Source of the DNA: Lysobacterales bacterium
GTDB lineage: Bacteria; Pseudomonadota; Gammaproteobacteria; Xanthomonadales; Wenzhouxiangellaceae
Reading direction: 5' to 3'
Assembly: GCA_034520805.1 (NCBI GenBank)
Contig: JAXHNG010000008.1
Span: 489,513 to 553,512 of the forward strand
DNA length: 64,000 nucleotides
The position numbers were made by a program, and so were the translations under genes. The notes beneath the pieces were generated by a model. The model was given only the letters and a program-made list of their open reading frames with translations, was not told the origin of the DNA and did no database searches. Below, in pieces: positions 9,291 through 17,778 of this stretch; the stretch's first letter is position 1, and every line of letters begins with the position of its first letter.

Positions 9291-10623
9291 CGGGAATCCG
9301 GTGAGTCCGCCCGGGGCGGCAGAGGTCGTCGATATCGGGCACGTCCAGGCCGGCCAGCAGCGGCGCCAGGCCGGCCACGACCGGAAAATCGCGCCAGCGC
9401 GGATCGCCGGCCAGGGCGGCCAGGGCCGAGCGGGCCTCATCGGCCTCGCCGACGCACTCGAAGGGCTTGGCCCCGTCGATGGCGAGCAGCGCCCGGAACC
9501 CCTCGAGTTCGTTCTCGTCTTCGAGCAGGTTGGCGCCGAATATCGCGGCCAGCGATTCCGGCGACATGAAGGGCGCCAGGGCCAGGAAGACAAAATGACA
9601 CTTGGGACACCGGCCGCACCAGCGATCGGTTCGCGCCCCGTCGAGATGGAAATTGCGATTGCAGGATGAAAACACGCCGTGATAGCGCTCGAGCCCGGCG
9701 AACTCCCGGCAGACGGCCAGTTCACGGTCGCGGCGCAGCAGCGAAAACACGGACAGATGCGGCGTGATGCAGCGCTCGACCCACTCGCCGAGCATGCCCT
9801 CGAAGGCAAGCGACTTGGAAAACTGGTGATTGACGGCGCGACCGCGCTCATCATGCAGGGTGGCCTCGTCGGCCGAGCGCTCGTTGGCGAACACGACGCG
9901 ATCGTAGCCCTGCACCAGCGCCAGCACCACCAGCACGGCGGCGTTGATGGCCGTGATCGGCACGTGGCCGTTCCATGCCCCGAGCCGGTTGAGTTCGCTC
10001 AGGGCGGGATCGACGCGGCGCTCCACCAGCAGGTGATCGGCACCGGTCTCGGCGGCTACTTCACGGATGAGCGCCGCCTGCCCAACCTGGACGGTGACGG
10101 GCTGCTCGCCTTGCGAGCGCAGGCGTTCGAGGGCCACCAGCGAGTCCTTGCCGCCGCCCATGGGTGTCAGCGAGCGACGCGGAAGCCGGCAACTCACGGC
10201 CGCAGCAACCGTATCGGACCCGGCCGGAAACTCGGCCCACTGCTCCTGCGCCAGACCGTTACGCCAGGCGAACTCGGCCAGCCCCTCGCGATAGAGCCTG
10301 GCCAGCCAATCCGCCTGCCACCGGTCGGGCCCGCGGGCCTCGAAGGCGATTTCAGACGGACAGCCCGCTTTCCAGTAGCTCACGCCGGCCGTCCAGTGAA
10401 GCAGGTCGAGGGCGGCATCGAGCGCCTCGGGGCAGGCCGGCGATGGATCGGTGACCGGCAACCGGAATCGCTCGCTCAACTCGATGCCGTCGAGGCGGTA
10501 CGCCAGATCGATCCAGCCGGTGGCGAGATCGAGGCGGCGCGAGCCGAACACGAACCGGGCGCTCTTTTCACGGCGCCAGTGCTCGAGCTGCGCGGGCCGC
10601 CAAACGGTTTCAGCCGCGGGCAT
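9268..10623 (-). CDS. murL: UDP-MurNAc-L-Ala-L-Glu epimerase
   Basis: GVSYWKA, GGGKDS, NGHVPITA, NERSA, VNHQFSKS, FSSCNRNF, WCGRCPKC, KPFECVGE. Confidence 0.9.
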   Translation of the reverse strand: MPAAETVWRPAQLEHWRREKSARFVFGSRRLDLATGWIDLAYRLDGIELSERFRLPVTDPSPACPEALDAALDLLHWTAGVSYWKAGCPSEIAFEARGPDRWQADWLARLYREGLAEFAWRNGLAQEQWAEFPAGSDTVAAAVSCRLPRRSLTPMGGGKDSLVALERLRSQGEQPVTVQVGQAALIREVAAETGADHLLVERRVDPALSELNRLGAWNGHVPITAINAAVLVVLALVQGYDRVVFANERSADEATLHDERGRAVNHQFSKSLAFEGMLGEWVERCITPHLSVFSLLRRDRELAVCREFAGLERYHGVFSSCNRNFHLDGARTDRWCGRCPKCHFVFLALAPFMSPESLAAIFGANLLEDENELEGFRALLAIDGAKPFECVGEADEARSALAALAGDPRWRDFPVVAGLAPLLAGLDVPDIDDLCRPGRTHRIPDDLLTHA

Positions 10624-11788
10624 CGGCCGGCTCGTCGGTATCGCCCGCTTCCTCTTCGTCGCGCAGACGGGGCCAGGCCCGCAGTACGGCGTTGACCAGC
10701 GTGGCCAGCGGAATCGCGAAGAACACGCCCCAGAAACCCCAGATACCGCCGAAGACCAGCACGGCCGTAATGATGGCCACCGGGTGGAGACTCACCACCT
10801 CGGAAAAGAGAATGGGCACCAGCACGTTGCCGTCGAGCGCCTGGATGATGGTGTAGGCCAGCAGCACGTACCAGAAACTTGCCGTCGGCCCGAATGCCAC
10901 CAGCGCCACCAGCGCCACCGGAATGGTCACTACGGCCGCCCCGATGTAGGGAATGATCACCGAAAAGCCGACCAGCATGGACAGCAGCATCAGGAAGGGC
11001 ATGTTGAGCACGGCAAAAGCCGCGTAGGTCACGACCCAGACGATGAGAATCTCGACGACTTTGCCGCGAATGTAGTTGCCGATCTGTGCGTCGACTTCAT
11101 GCCACACGCGGGTGACCAGGTCGCGATCTCGCGGCAAGTACTGGCTGACCCAGGTCAGGAGCTCGCGCTTGTCTTTGAGGAAGAAGAAAACGAGAACCGG
11201 CACCAGCACCAGGAAGATCAACAGGTTGACAGCACTCATTACGCCGGAGAACGAGACCAGGGTCGCGCCGTAGTTGACCAGCTCGGAGCCGATATTGTCT
11301 AGCCAGCGCGAGAGTTGCTCCTGCGATATCAGCGCGAGCTCGCGCTGACCCTCTTCGGCGACCAGTTCGCCGGTTTCGCTCGTGACCACCTCGGCTTCCG
11401 GGCCGGCCGGGGCGACCAGCTGCGGATAGCGGTCGGGCAGCTTGGCCACCCAGTCCTGGGCCGTTGCGACGTAGCTGGGCAAGTCGCGCACGATGGCCGC
11501 CAGCTGGCGGGTCAGCATCGGCACCAGGCCGAAGAGCAGGTAGACCAGCGCAGCCATGAAGCCGGTGAACACGCCGATGACGGCGAGCAGCCGCGGCACA
11601 CCCAGGCGCTCGAGCCGAAGAACGCCCCCTTCCAGCAGGTAGGCCAGGACGAGGCTGGCGAGCACCGGCCCGAGCATCCTGCCGAACAATGCCATGACCA
11701 CCACGCCCAGCGCCAGGAACAGCGCCAGGATGACCACCTGGGGATCGGAAAAGTGCCGGCGGAACCAGTCGTTGAAACGAGCAATCAT
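10610..11788 (-). CDS. perM: AI-2E family transporter (PerM-like)
   Basis: RHFSDPQ, IGNYIRGK, IPYIGA, IQALDGNVLVP, WGFWGVFFAIPLA; multiple hydrophobic segments. Confidence 0.88.
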   Translation of the reverse strand: MIARFNDWFRRHFSDPQVVILALFLALGVVVMALFGRMLGPVLASLVLAYLLEGGVLRLERLGVPRLLAVIGVFTGFMAALVYLLFGLVPMLTRQLAAIVRDLPSYVATAQDWVAKLPDRYPQLVAPAGPEAEVVTSETGELVAEEGQRELALISQEQLSRWLDNIGSELVNYGATLVSFSGVMSAVNLLIFLVLVPVLVFFFLKDKRELLTWVSQYLPRDRDLVTRVWHEVDAQIGNYIRGKVVEILIVWVVTYAAFAVLNMPFLMLLSMLVGFSVIIPYIGAAVVTIPVALVALVAFGPTASFWYVLLAYTIIQALDGNVLVPILFSEVVSLHPVAIITAVLVFGGIWGFWGVFFAIPLATLVNAVLRAWPRLRDEEEAGDTDEPADARG

Positions 11789-11919
11789 GCAGAGATTATA
11801 AGGGCAAGTCGATGCGATTAAGCCCTGCCCGGTGAACCTTCCCCGCAAGAAGGTCACCGGGCACCGTGCCGATCAGGAGTGTTGTAGCTGCGGGTAGAAA
11901 AGCCTGTTTTGCCCTGAAT

Positions 11920-13113
11920 TCAGAAATCGAAGCTCAGCTTCGCCTGGACCTCGAAATCCTGGTCCATCTCGTCACTGACAACGCCCAGCAAGTTGCCCCC
12001 GAAAGCATACTCCGGCGGTGCATAGGCGGCATTGAAATGCAGCCGACTGCGTTTGCCGACATCCTTGGAAAAGCCGGCCATGACGGCGTTGCTGGCCATT
12101 TCGGATTGGAGCGCGGCGGCCAGGGAAGATGCGGTCGGCCGCGGCTGCGTGCGGGTCCGGTAGTCGAAGAAAAGTTCGACATCGTCGCTGGCTTGCCAGC
12201 GCCAGCCAAGGCTGTAGACCGTCAAGTCGGCCCAGGCGAAATTGGGGCTGTTGCGATCACCCAGCAGGGCGGTGAACCTTGCCGGCAGCGACCGGCTGGG
12301 AAAGGCGCCGACATCGCTGTAGAAAATCTGCGAAACGCCGAGGCTCACCCAGGAACGAGGCGTCGCGTGCAATTCCAGGCCCACCTGCAAACGGGGAGGA
12401 ATGTCGAGTTCCGCGCTGGCGCCGTGAACGCCGCGCACGGTGGCAAACTCGTCCATGTCGATACGCGACTGGAAAGCAGCCTCGACGCGAAGGCCGCTGA
12501 GCAGTTCACTGGCCAGTGCGAAGCGCAAGCCGGTTCCCTGCGACACTTCGGTGCGCGACGGATCGAAGTAGATTGTATCGAGTCGCCCGCTCGTTCCCAG
12601 ACGCGTAGCGGCCGGCTGCAGATTCATGTCCGCGCTGCCGAAGCGCTGGCTGGCAAGTACTGCGCTGACGGTCAAGTCGCTGTTGGCCGATACCCGGTGG
12701 GTCACACCGGGCATGACGATCGACTGCTGAAACCGATCCGCGCGGCGAATGTTCTCCGACAGCGAATCTTTCAGCAAAAGGCCCATGCGCGACTGGCGAA
12801 ACGACAGCCGCAGCGGCTGTCCCTTCCGCGCCTGCATGAGAGGCAACGCAAAATCAGGAAGAATGATGGTTTCGTCGAACTGCAGCCAGCTTACGTGGGG
12901 CAGCTCGCGCGAAGACAGCCTCTCGAGATCGGGGGTGATTTCGTTCGCCAGGTACTGATCCCACGGGCCCAGCTCGAAACCGGCGACGTACCAGGCCAGA
13001 CCGGCATAGGGACTGAAGTGCGCTGAACCGGACAGGCGCGGCATCGACCAGGCCGATGAAGCCAGTGTCAGGGAGACGGCAAGAGCAGCGATGGAGACGA
13101 GCCGATGCTTCAC
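11920..13113 (-). CDS. Putative outer-membrane beta-barrel, FadL/OmpP1-like
   Basis: Signal peptide, alternating beta-strand patterns, LDIP / IFYSDV / FAW.D segments, terminal LSFDF. Confidence 0.6.
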   Translation of the reverse strand: MKHRLVSIAALAVSLTLASSAWSMPRLSGSAHFSPYAGLAWYVAGFELGPWDQYLANEITPDLERLSSRELPHVSWLQFDETIILPDFALPLMQARKGQPLRLSFRQSRMGLLLKDSLSENIRRADRFQQSIVMPGVTHRVSANSDLTVSAVLASQRFGSADMNLQPAATRLGTSGRLDTIYFDPSRTEVSQGTGLRFALASELLSGLRVEAAFQSRIDMDEFATVRGVHGASAELDIPPRLQVGLELHATPRSWVSLGVSQIFYSDVGAFPSRSLPARFTALLGDRNSPNFAWADLTVYSLGWRWQASDDVELFFDYRTRTQPRPTASSLAAALQSEMASNAVMAGFSKDVGKRSRLHFNAAYAPPEYAFGGNLLGVVSDEMDQDFEVQAKLSFDF

Positions 13114-13314
13114 GAGTTCGATCAGTCGGATGGAGACGTTGCAAGTGTACCGTCAATGATGGCAAAAATACAACGACCGGTTTCAAACAAATCGCCCCCG
13201 CTTCCAGAACCCCCGTGATTACGGCATCCGGGCGCGCAGAAAGATGTTGCGCAAAAGCAACAAGCGGCATGACCGCGCCGATCGAACGTCGAACGGCACG
13301 GCCTTCGACACGCC

Positions 13315-14322
13315 TCAGCCCAGGCGTTCGCAGATGGCGTCGGTGAAGCTCTCGGTCGTGCCGCTACCGCCCAGATCAGGCGTGGTGCGATCGCCAGCCT
13401 CGATCACCGCCGCGATGGCTCGACGAACACGCGCGGCACGATCGTTGTCGTCGATGTGCTCGAGCATCTGCGCCGCGCCCAGCATCAGGGCGCAGGGGTT
13501 GGCAATGCCCTGCCCCGCAATATCCGGCGCCGAGCCGTGCACGGCCTCGAACATGGCCGCTTTCTCGCCGATGTTGGCGCCCGGCGCCAGACCGAGGCCG
13601 CCGACCAGGCCGGCGCACAGGTCCGAGATGATGTCGCCGAACAGGTTGGTGGTGACGATCACATCGAACTGCTCGGGGCGCATGACCAGCTGCATGCAGG
13701 CGTTGTCGACGATCAGGTCATTGCTTTCGATGTCGGTGTAGTCCTCGGCCACCTCGTGCGCGACGCGCAGGAACATGCCGGTGACATCCTTGAGGATGTT
13801 GGCCTTGTGCACGACGGTCACCTTCTTGCGGCCGGTACGCCGGGCCATCTCGAAGGCAAATCGGACGACGCGCTCGCAGCCCTTGCGTGTGACCACCATC
13901 TTGGATTCGGCGCGGCTGTCATCCGGCGCCGTCCATGCGCCCTCTCCGAGATAAGCGCCTTCGGTGTTCTCGCGGACCGTGATCAGGTCGATATTTTCAT
14001 AGCGCGACTTCGAGCCCTTGAAGCTGATCGCCGGGCGAACGTTGGCGTAGAGGTCGAAATGCTTGCGCAGCGCAACGTTCAGCGACTTGAAGCCGCCACC
14101 CACGGGCGTCGTCAGCGGCGCCTTGAGCGCAACGCGGTTTTTCTCGATCGAATCGAGCGTCGCCTGTGGCAACAGCTCACCCGTTTCTTCCTGGGCGGCC
14201 ATCCCGGCCAGCTGGAAATCGTAGCTGAACCCTGCACCGATGGTGTCGAGCATGCGAAGCGTCGCTTCCATGATTTCGGGGCCGATTCCGTCGCCCCGGA
14301 TGACGGTGATTTGCTGCGTCAC
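13315..14322 (-). CDS. icd: Isocitrate dehydrogenase (short, NAD-type IDH/IPMDH family)
   Basis: [57 protein letters not shown]. Confidence 0.9.
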   Translation of the reverse strand: MTQQITVIRGDGIGPEIMEATLRMLDTIGAGFSYDFQLAGMAAQEETGELLPQATLDSIEKNRVALKAPLTTPVGGGFKSLNVALRKHFDLYANVRPAISFKGSKSRYENIDLITVRENTEGAYLGEGAWTAPDDSRAESKMVVTRKGCERVVRFAFEMARRTGRKKVTVVHKANILKDVTGMFLRVAHEVAEDYTDIESNDLIVDNACMQLVMRPEQFDVIVTTNLFGDIISDLCAGLVGGLGLAPGANIGEKAAMFEAVHGSAPDIAGQGIANPCALMLGAAQMLEHIDDNDRAARVRRAIAAVIEAGDRTTPDLGGSGTTESFTDAICERLG

Positions 14323-14430
14323 ACTGCCGTCCCTGTTGTCGTCGAGTCATTGAATTCAAGCCCGCCATTATAGATGGCAACACCCCCACGAATCACCCCG
14401 GATATTCCGGGGCCGGGTTGATTCACACCC

Positions 14431-14765
14431 CTAGTGGGCCATGCGGCAAGTTAGGTAACACTCAGAGCCACTGTGCCGGTGCGAATCAAGGCGCGTTTCG
14501 CAGGGAATGGTTGTTCCCTTTCCAAGAAACGCAACGCCGAGTCGCGCCGGCACAGTGGCTCCCGAAGGGCCGCCGCACAAGCGCCGTGGGCAGGGCAGGC
14601 GAAGCCGCATGGCGACTTTCGCAAAGCGAATGAAGCCATGCGAGCGTAGCCGTTGCCCGTGTTGCACTCGCTTGAATTGGCGACACCAGTCCTGCGCTCG
14701 CGCGCCTTGCCCACAACGCTTGTGCGACGGCTGAGTGTTACCTAACTTGCCGCATGGCCCACTAG
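14431..14765. mobile_element. MITE-like element with perfect 35-bp terminal inverted repeats (including CTAG ends)
   Basis: ctagtgggccatgcggcaagttaggtaacactcag (14431-14465) is the exact reverse complement of 14731-14765; nested internal hairpins; no transposase. Confidence 0.85.
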
Positions 14766-15011
14766 CATACGGTCGAGCGCGCCTTCCTGCTCGAGCGCAT
14801 CGAGATCGTCGAAACCCCCGACGTGCTCGTCGCCGATGAAGATCTGCGGCACCGTACGCTGCCCGCTGCGCTCGATCATTTCATCGCGGCGAGCCGGCTC
14901 GGCACCGATATCGATCTGGGTCCATTCCACGCCCTTGCCGCGCAGCAGCTTGGCAGCGGCCGTGCAGAACGGGCAGTAGGACTTGACGTACATGACGATT
15001 TGCTTGCTCAC
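14742..15011 (-). CDS. grxC: Glutaredoxin 3
   Basis: CPFC, RTVPQIFI, HVGGFDDL. Confidence 0.93.
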   Translation of the reverse strand: MSKQIVMYVKSYCPFCTAAAKLLRGKGVEWTQIDIGAEPARRDEMIERSGQRTVPQIFIGDEHVGGFDDLDALEQEGALDRMLVGHAAS

Positions 15012-15059
15012 TTTCTTCAGTCTCCTTCCATTAAGCGCCCCGGTGGGGGCTGATTGATT

Positions 15060-15095
15060 GTCGTCCGTCGCGGATGTAACCGCGACCTACGCGGG
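15060..15095. repeat. Single REP copy (same family as 114-227)
   Basis: gtcgtccgtcgcggatgtaaccgcgacctacgcggg, identical to 196-231 except for one compensatory pair. Confidence 0.85.
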
Positions 15096-15146
15096 CCTCG
15101 ATCCGGCAACGCGGTGAATCCGCCCCGCCAATCCCGGACAATACCG

Positions 15147-15177
15147 CCTGACCCCTGACCCCTGAATCCTGAATCCT
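15147..15177. repeat. Heptamer repeat arm (CCTGACC/CCTGAAT)x4
   Basis: cctgacc cctgacc cctgaat cctgaat cc, immediately after the dsrC-like stop. Confidence 0.75.
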
Positions 15178-15182
15178 TGTCT

Positions 15183-15527
15183 TCAAATACACCACTCCGG
15201 CTTCGGCAACCCGCCATACCGGCACGCTTCACGGACCGGCCCGTCAGGAAACAGCCGGTACAGGTCACGGCTGCCGCGGCTTTCAGCGTGGCGCTTGCGA
15301 TGCTCCGAAACGACCACGCGCATCAACGGCGGATTGCCGTAGCGAGCGTGATGATCGCGCACGAACTCGATCAGCCACCAGTGATCATCACCCAACCGCA
15401 GGCCGTCGCGTTCGGCCAGGGCCTCGGCGACTTCCGGAAACCACTGCCCGGAATCGATCAGGAACCCTTCCCCGTCGACATCGACGGGCCTTCCGTCGAT
15501 ATACAGCTGCAGGCTTTCTCCGGTCAA
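15183..15527 (-). CDS. TusE/DsrC family sulfur-relay protein
   Basis: DGEGFL, W.PEVAE.LA, L.DDHW.LI.FVR, LYRLFPDGP, C-terminal CRYGGLPKPEWCI; TTG start overlapping the upstream TGA (inferred). Confidence 0.88.
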   Translation of the reverse strand: MTGESLQLYIDGRPVDVDGEGFLIDSGQWFPEVAEALAERDGLRLGDDHWWLIEFVRDHHARYGNPPLMRVVVSEHRKRHAESRGSRDLYRLFPDGPVREACRYGGLPKPEWCI

Positions 15528-15835
15528 AGCTTCAATACTCCTGCCGCGTTGCGGCACAGTGCCTCGAACTGCCGATCGTCGATCGCCGAAACACCGACCG
15601 GCACCAGGCTCGATGCCGGCCGGCGGGCACGCAGTTCGGCCAGGTCGAAATCGATCAACTGGCGCCAGGGCGCGATCGCATCGGGCTCGAGATGCGCAAG
15701 ACCCGGCCCTTCGAAGACCACGACGAGATCGACTTCCAGCGTGGCGCCGGCGAGCACGAGTTCGAGCATTTCCCGGCTGCCGGGCTCGGACGGGGCCAGC
15801 GCCACCACAATCACCCACGCATCAGCCGACATCAC
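15524..15835 (-). CDS. DsrF/TusC-like protein (divergent)
   Basis: AP...SRE.LE.VLA, VVFEGPG resemble the TusC pattern; position between dsrE-like and dsrC-like genes. Confidence 0.65.
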   Translation of the reverse strand: MMSADAWVIVVALAPSEPGSREMLELVLAGATLEVDLVVVFEGPGLAHLEPDAIAPWRQLIDFDLAELRARRPASSLVPVGVSAIDDRQFEALCRNAAGVLKL

Positions 15836-16175
15836 TTGCTCCGAAGCAGGCCACCTCCTGCGCCGCGAGGGCGTGATTCCAAAAGCCGGTCAGGCTCGAG
15901 ATCACGAAGGGGTCGTCCGGCGGCTGCCGATGCCGCCGCGACCAGGATCCGCTGCATACCGCCAGCACGACCCCGTGCCAGTCCGCCAGGCTGCGCCATT
16001 CGGCCGAGGGCTCACCTTTGGCGGCGTGCTCGACACCTTCACCGTGGAAGAACACCAGAAGGTGCCCGCCTTGTTCGATTAAACGGGCGGCACGGTCCTG
16101 TCCCAGGCGGCTGGCCTCGCTTCCTGGCCGGGCGCGGATCAACAGGATTCGATGGTACTGTATGAATTCGTTCAA
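15822..16175 (-). CDS. DsrE/TusD-like protein (divergent)
   Basis: VFFHGEGV, W.SLA, LAVCSGS..RR (conserved Cys), F.ISSL; 3' part of the listed 15822..16823 ORF; TTG start inferred. Confidence 0.7.
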   Translation of the reverse strand: MNEFIQYHRILLIRARPGSEASRLGQDRAARLIEQGGHLLVFFHGEGVEHAAKGEPSAEWRSLADWHGVVLAVCSGSWSRRHRQPPDDPFVISSLTGFWNHALAAQEVACFGASDVG

Positions 16176-16238
16176 GAGCCTGCCCGGAAAAGTCGTTACA
16201 GGTGAAACCACGGCGCATTCAGCCGGTCTGAGAACTGG

Positions 16239-17714
16239 ATGATCAAACGAATTCTCAAAGCACTGCTTACCGTCCCCATTGTAGCCGCCGCCGTAACGGC
16301 GGGCGCCAATGATTCGGTGCGGCTTCCCGACCTGGGCGGCACCAGCACGCAGGTGATGTCCCCGCAAGAGATGGAAAGCTTCCCGCGCGAGTTCGAACAG
16401 TACATGCGCACCAACAAGCTGCTGGTCGAGGATCCGCTCATCCGCGACTACTTCAACGACATGGGCTTTCGGCTGGTGTCGTACTCGGACAACGCCGACG
16501 AGCCTTTTCACTTCCTTGTTCTGCGCGACCCCAACGTCAACGCGTTTGCGGCGCCGGCGGGCGTGATCGCCCTGCATTCGGGCCTGATCCTCGAGGCGCG
16601 CGACGAAAGCGAGGTGGCCGGCGTGGTGGCGCACGAAATCGCCCATGTGACCCAGGACCATATCGTGCGCGGCATCGAGAACAGGCAACAGGTATCGCTG
16701 CCGACCATGCTGGCCACGTTGGGACTGGCGATCGCGGCCGGCGCTTCCGGCGCGGACGGTGATGCCGCACAGGCCATCCTGATGAGCGGCATGAGCCTGG
16801 CCCAGCAATTCCAGATCAACCACACCCGCCAGGCCGAGTCAGAGGCCGACCGTATCGGCATTGCCCTGCTGGCCCGCGGCGGCTACGACCCGCAGGGCAT
16901 GACGCGCTTCTTCGAGCGCCTCAACATGATCTCGAGGGCCATGGGAGAAGGACCGCCGGAGTACTTGCGCACCCACCCCCTGACCGTCAACCGAATTGCC
17001 GAAGCGCGCACTCGAGCTGAACAGCTCAGCGGCGACCCCTCGCGCGACGGCACGGATTTCCACTTCGTCCAGGCGCGCTTGCGCGCCATGGTGGCCGACG
17101 CCACGAGCGCCGAGGCATGGTTCCGCGCCCGGCTCGGCGGCGACAGCGAGCGCCCTGAAGCGGCCATGCGCTACGGCCTGGCCATGACCCTGCTCGGCGC
17201 ACGCCGCCTTGAAGCCGCGCGCGAGCAGGTCGAGCAGCTACTCGATACGGCTCCAGACCGCCAGCTCTACCGCTTGCTGGAAGCCGAGCTACTGGTGGCC
17301 GAAGGCCGGGTCGCCGACAGCCTCGACGTGCTCGAATCGCTTCATCTTCAGTACCCGGGCAATCGGCTGGTGACCACCCAGTACGCCAGCACGCTGATGC
17401 ACGAGCGCGACGGCGAGCGAGCCGCACGCGCGGCTCGAATCCTCCGTAACTACCTGCGCAGCAACCCCGACGATGTGCGGATGACCGAACTCTACGCTCG
17501 GGCAGCCGACCGGGCCGGCGACGATATTCGTGCCGCTGAAGCGCTGGCCGAGAGTTACTACATGCAGGGCGGCATCCAGGAAGCCATCGTGCAGCTCGAG
17601 CGCATCAGCAAGCGCGAGGACCTGGATTACTACCAGCGCTCGCGCGTCAGCGCCCGCCTCGGGCAACTGCGTGCCGAACGCCTGCGACTGAGCTCGCGCG
17701 AACGCGAGCAATAA
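16239..17714 (+). CDS. bepA: M48 metalloprotease with TPRs (BepA/YfgC)
   Basis: Signal peptide, LPDLG, VNAFA, HEIAH, ESEADRIG, YLRTHP. Confidence 0.9.
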   Translation: MIKRILKALLTVPIVAAAVTAGANDSVRLPDLGGTSTQVMSPQEMESFPREFEQYMRTNKLLVEDPLIRDYFNDMGFRLVSYSDNADEPFHFLVLRDPNVNAFAAPAGVIALHSGLILEARDESEVAGVVAHEIAHVTQDHIVRGIENRQQVSLPTMLATLGLAIAAGASGADGDAAQAILMSGMSLAQQFQINHTRQAESEADRIGIALLARGGYDPQGMTRFFERLNMISRAMGEGPPEYLRTHPLTVNRIAEARTRAEQLSGDPSRDGTDFHFVQARLRAMVADATSAEAWFRARLGGDSERPEAAMRYGLAMTLLGARRLEAAREQVEQLLDTAPDRQLYRLLEAELLVAEGRVADSLDVLESLHLQYPGNRLVTTQYASTLMHERDGERAARAARILRNYLRSNPDDVRMTELYARAADRAGDDIRAAEALAESYYMQGGIQEAIVQLERISKREDLDYYQRSRVSARLGQLRAERLRLSSREREQ

Positions 17715-17778
17715 CGTCAACAAAATGTAATCATCATCCGGCTAAGCTGGGGAATTATCTCGAAGGGGATGGACGCGC

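Noticed and set aside
9291-9854. N-terminal extension of the 630-aa MurD ORF
   Set aside because: Overlaps murL in another frame; MurD similarity begins only near 9290
14418-14734. Several 70-90 aa ORFs inside the 335-bp element
   Set aside because: No transposase or other motifs; explained by the palindromic non-coding element
16176-16823. Upstream part of the 333-aa ORF containing the dsrE-like gene
   Set aside because: Mostly antisense to bepA; only the last ~117 codons look like DsrE
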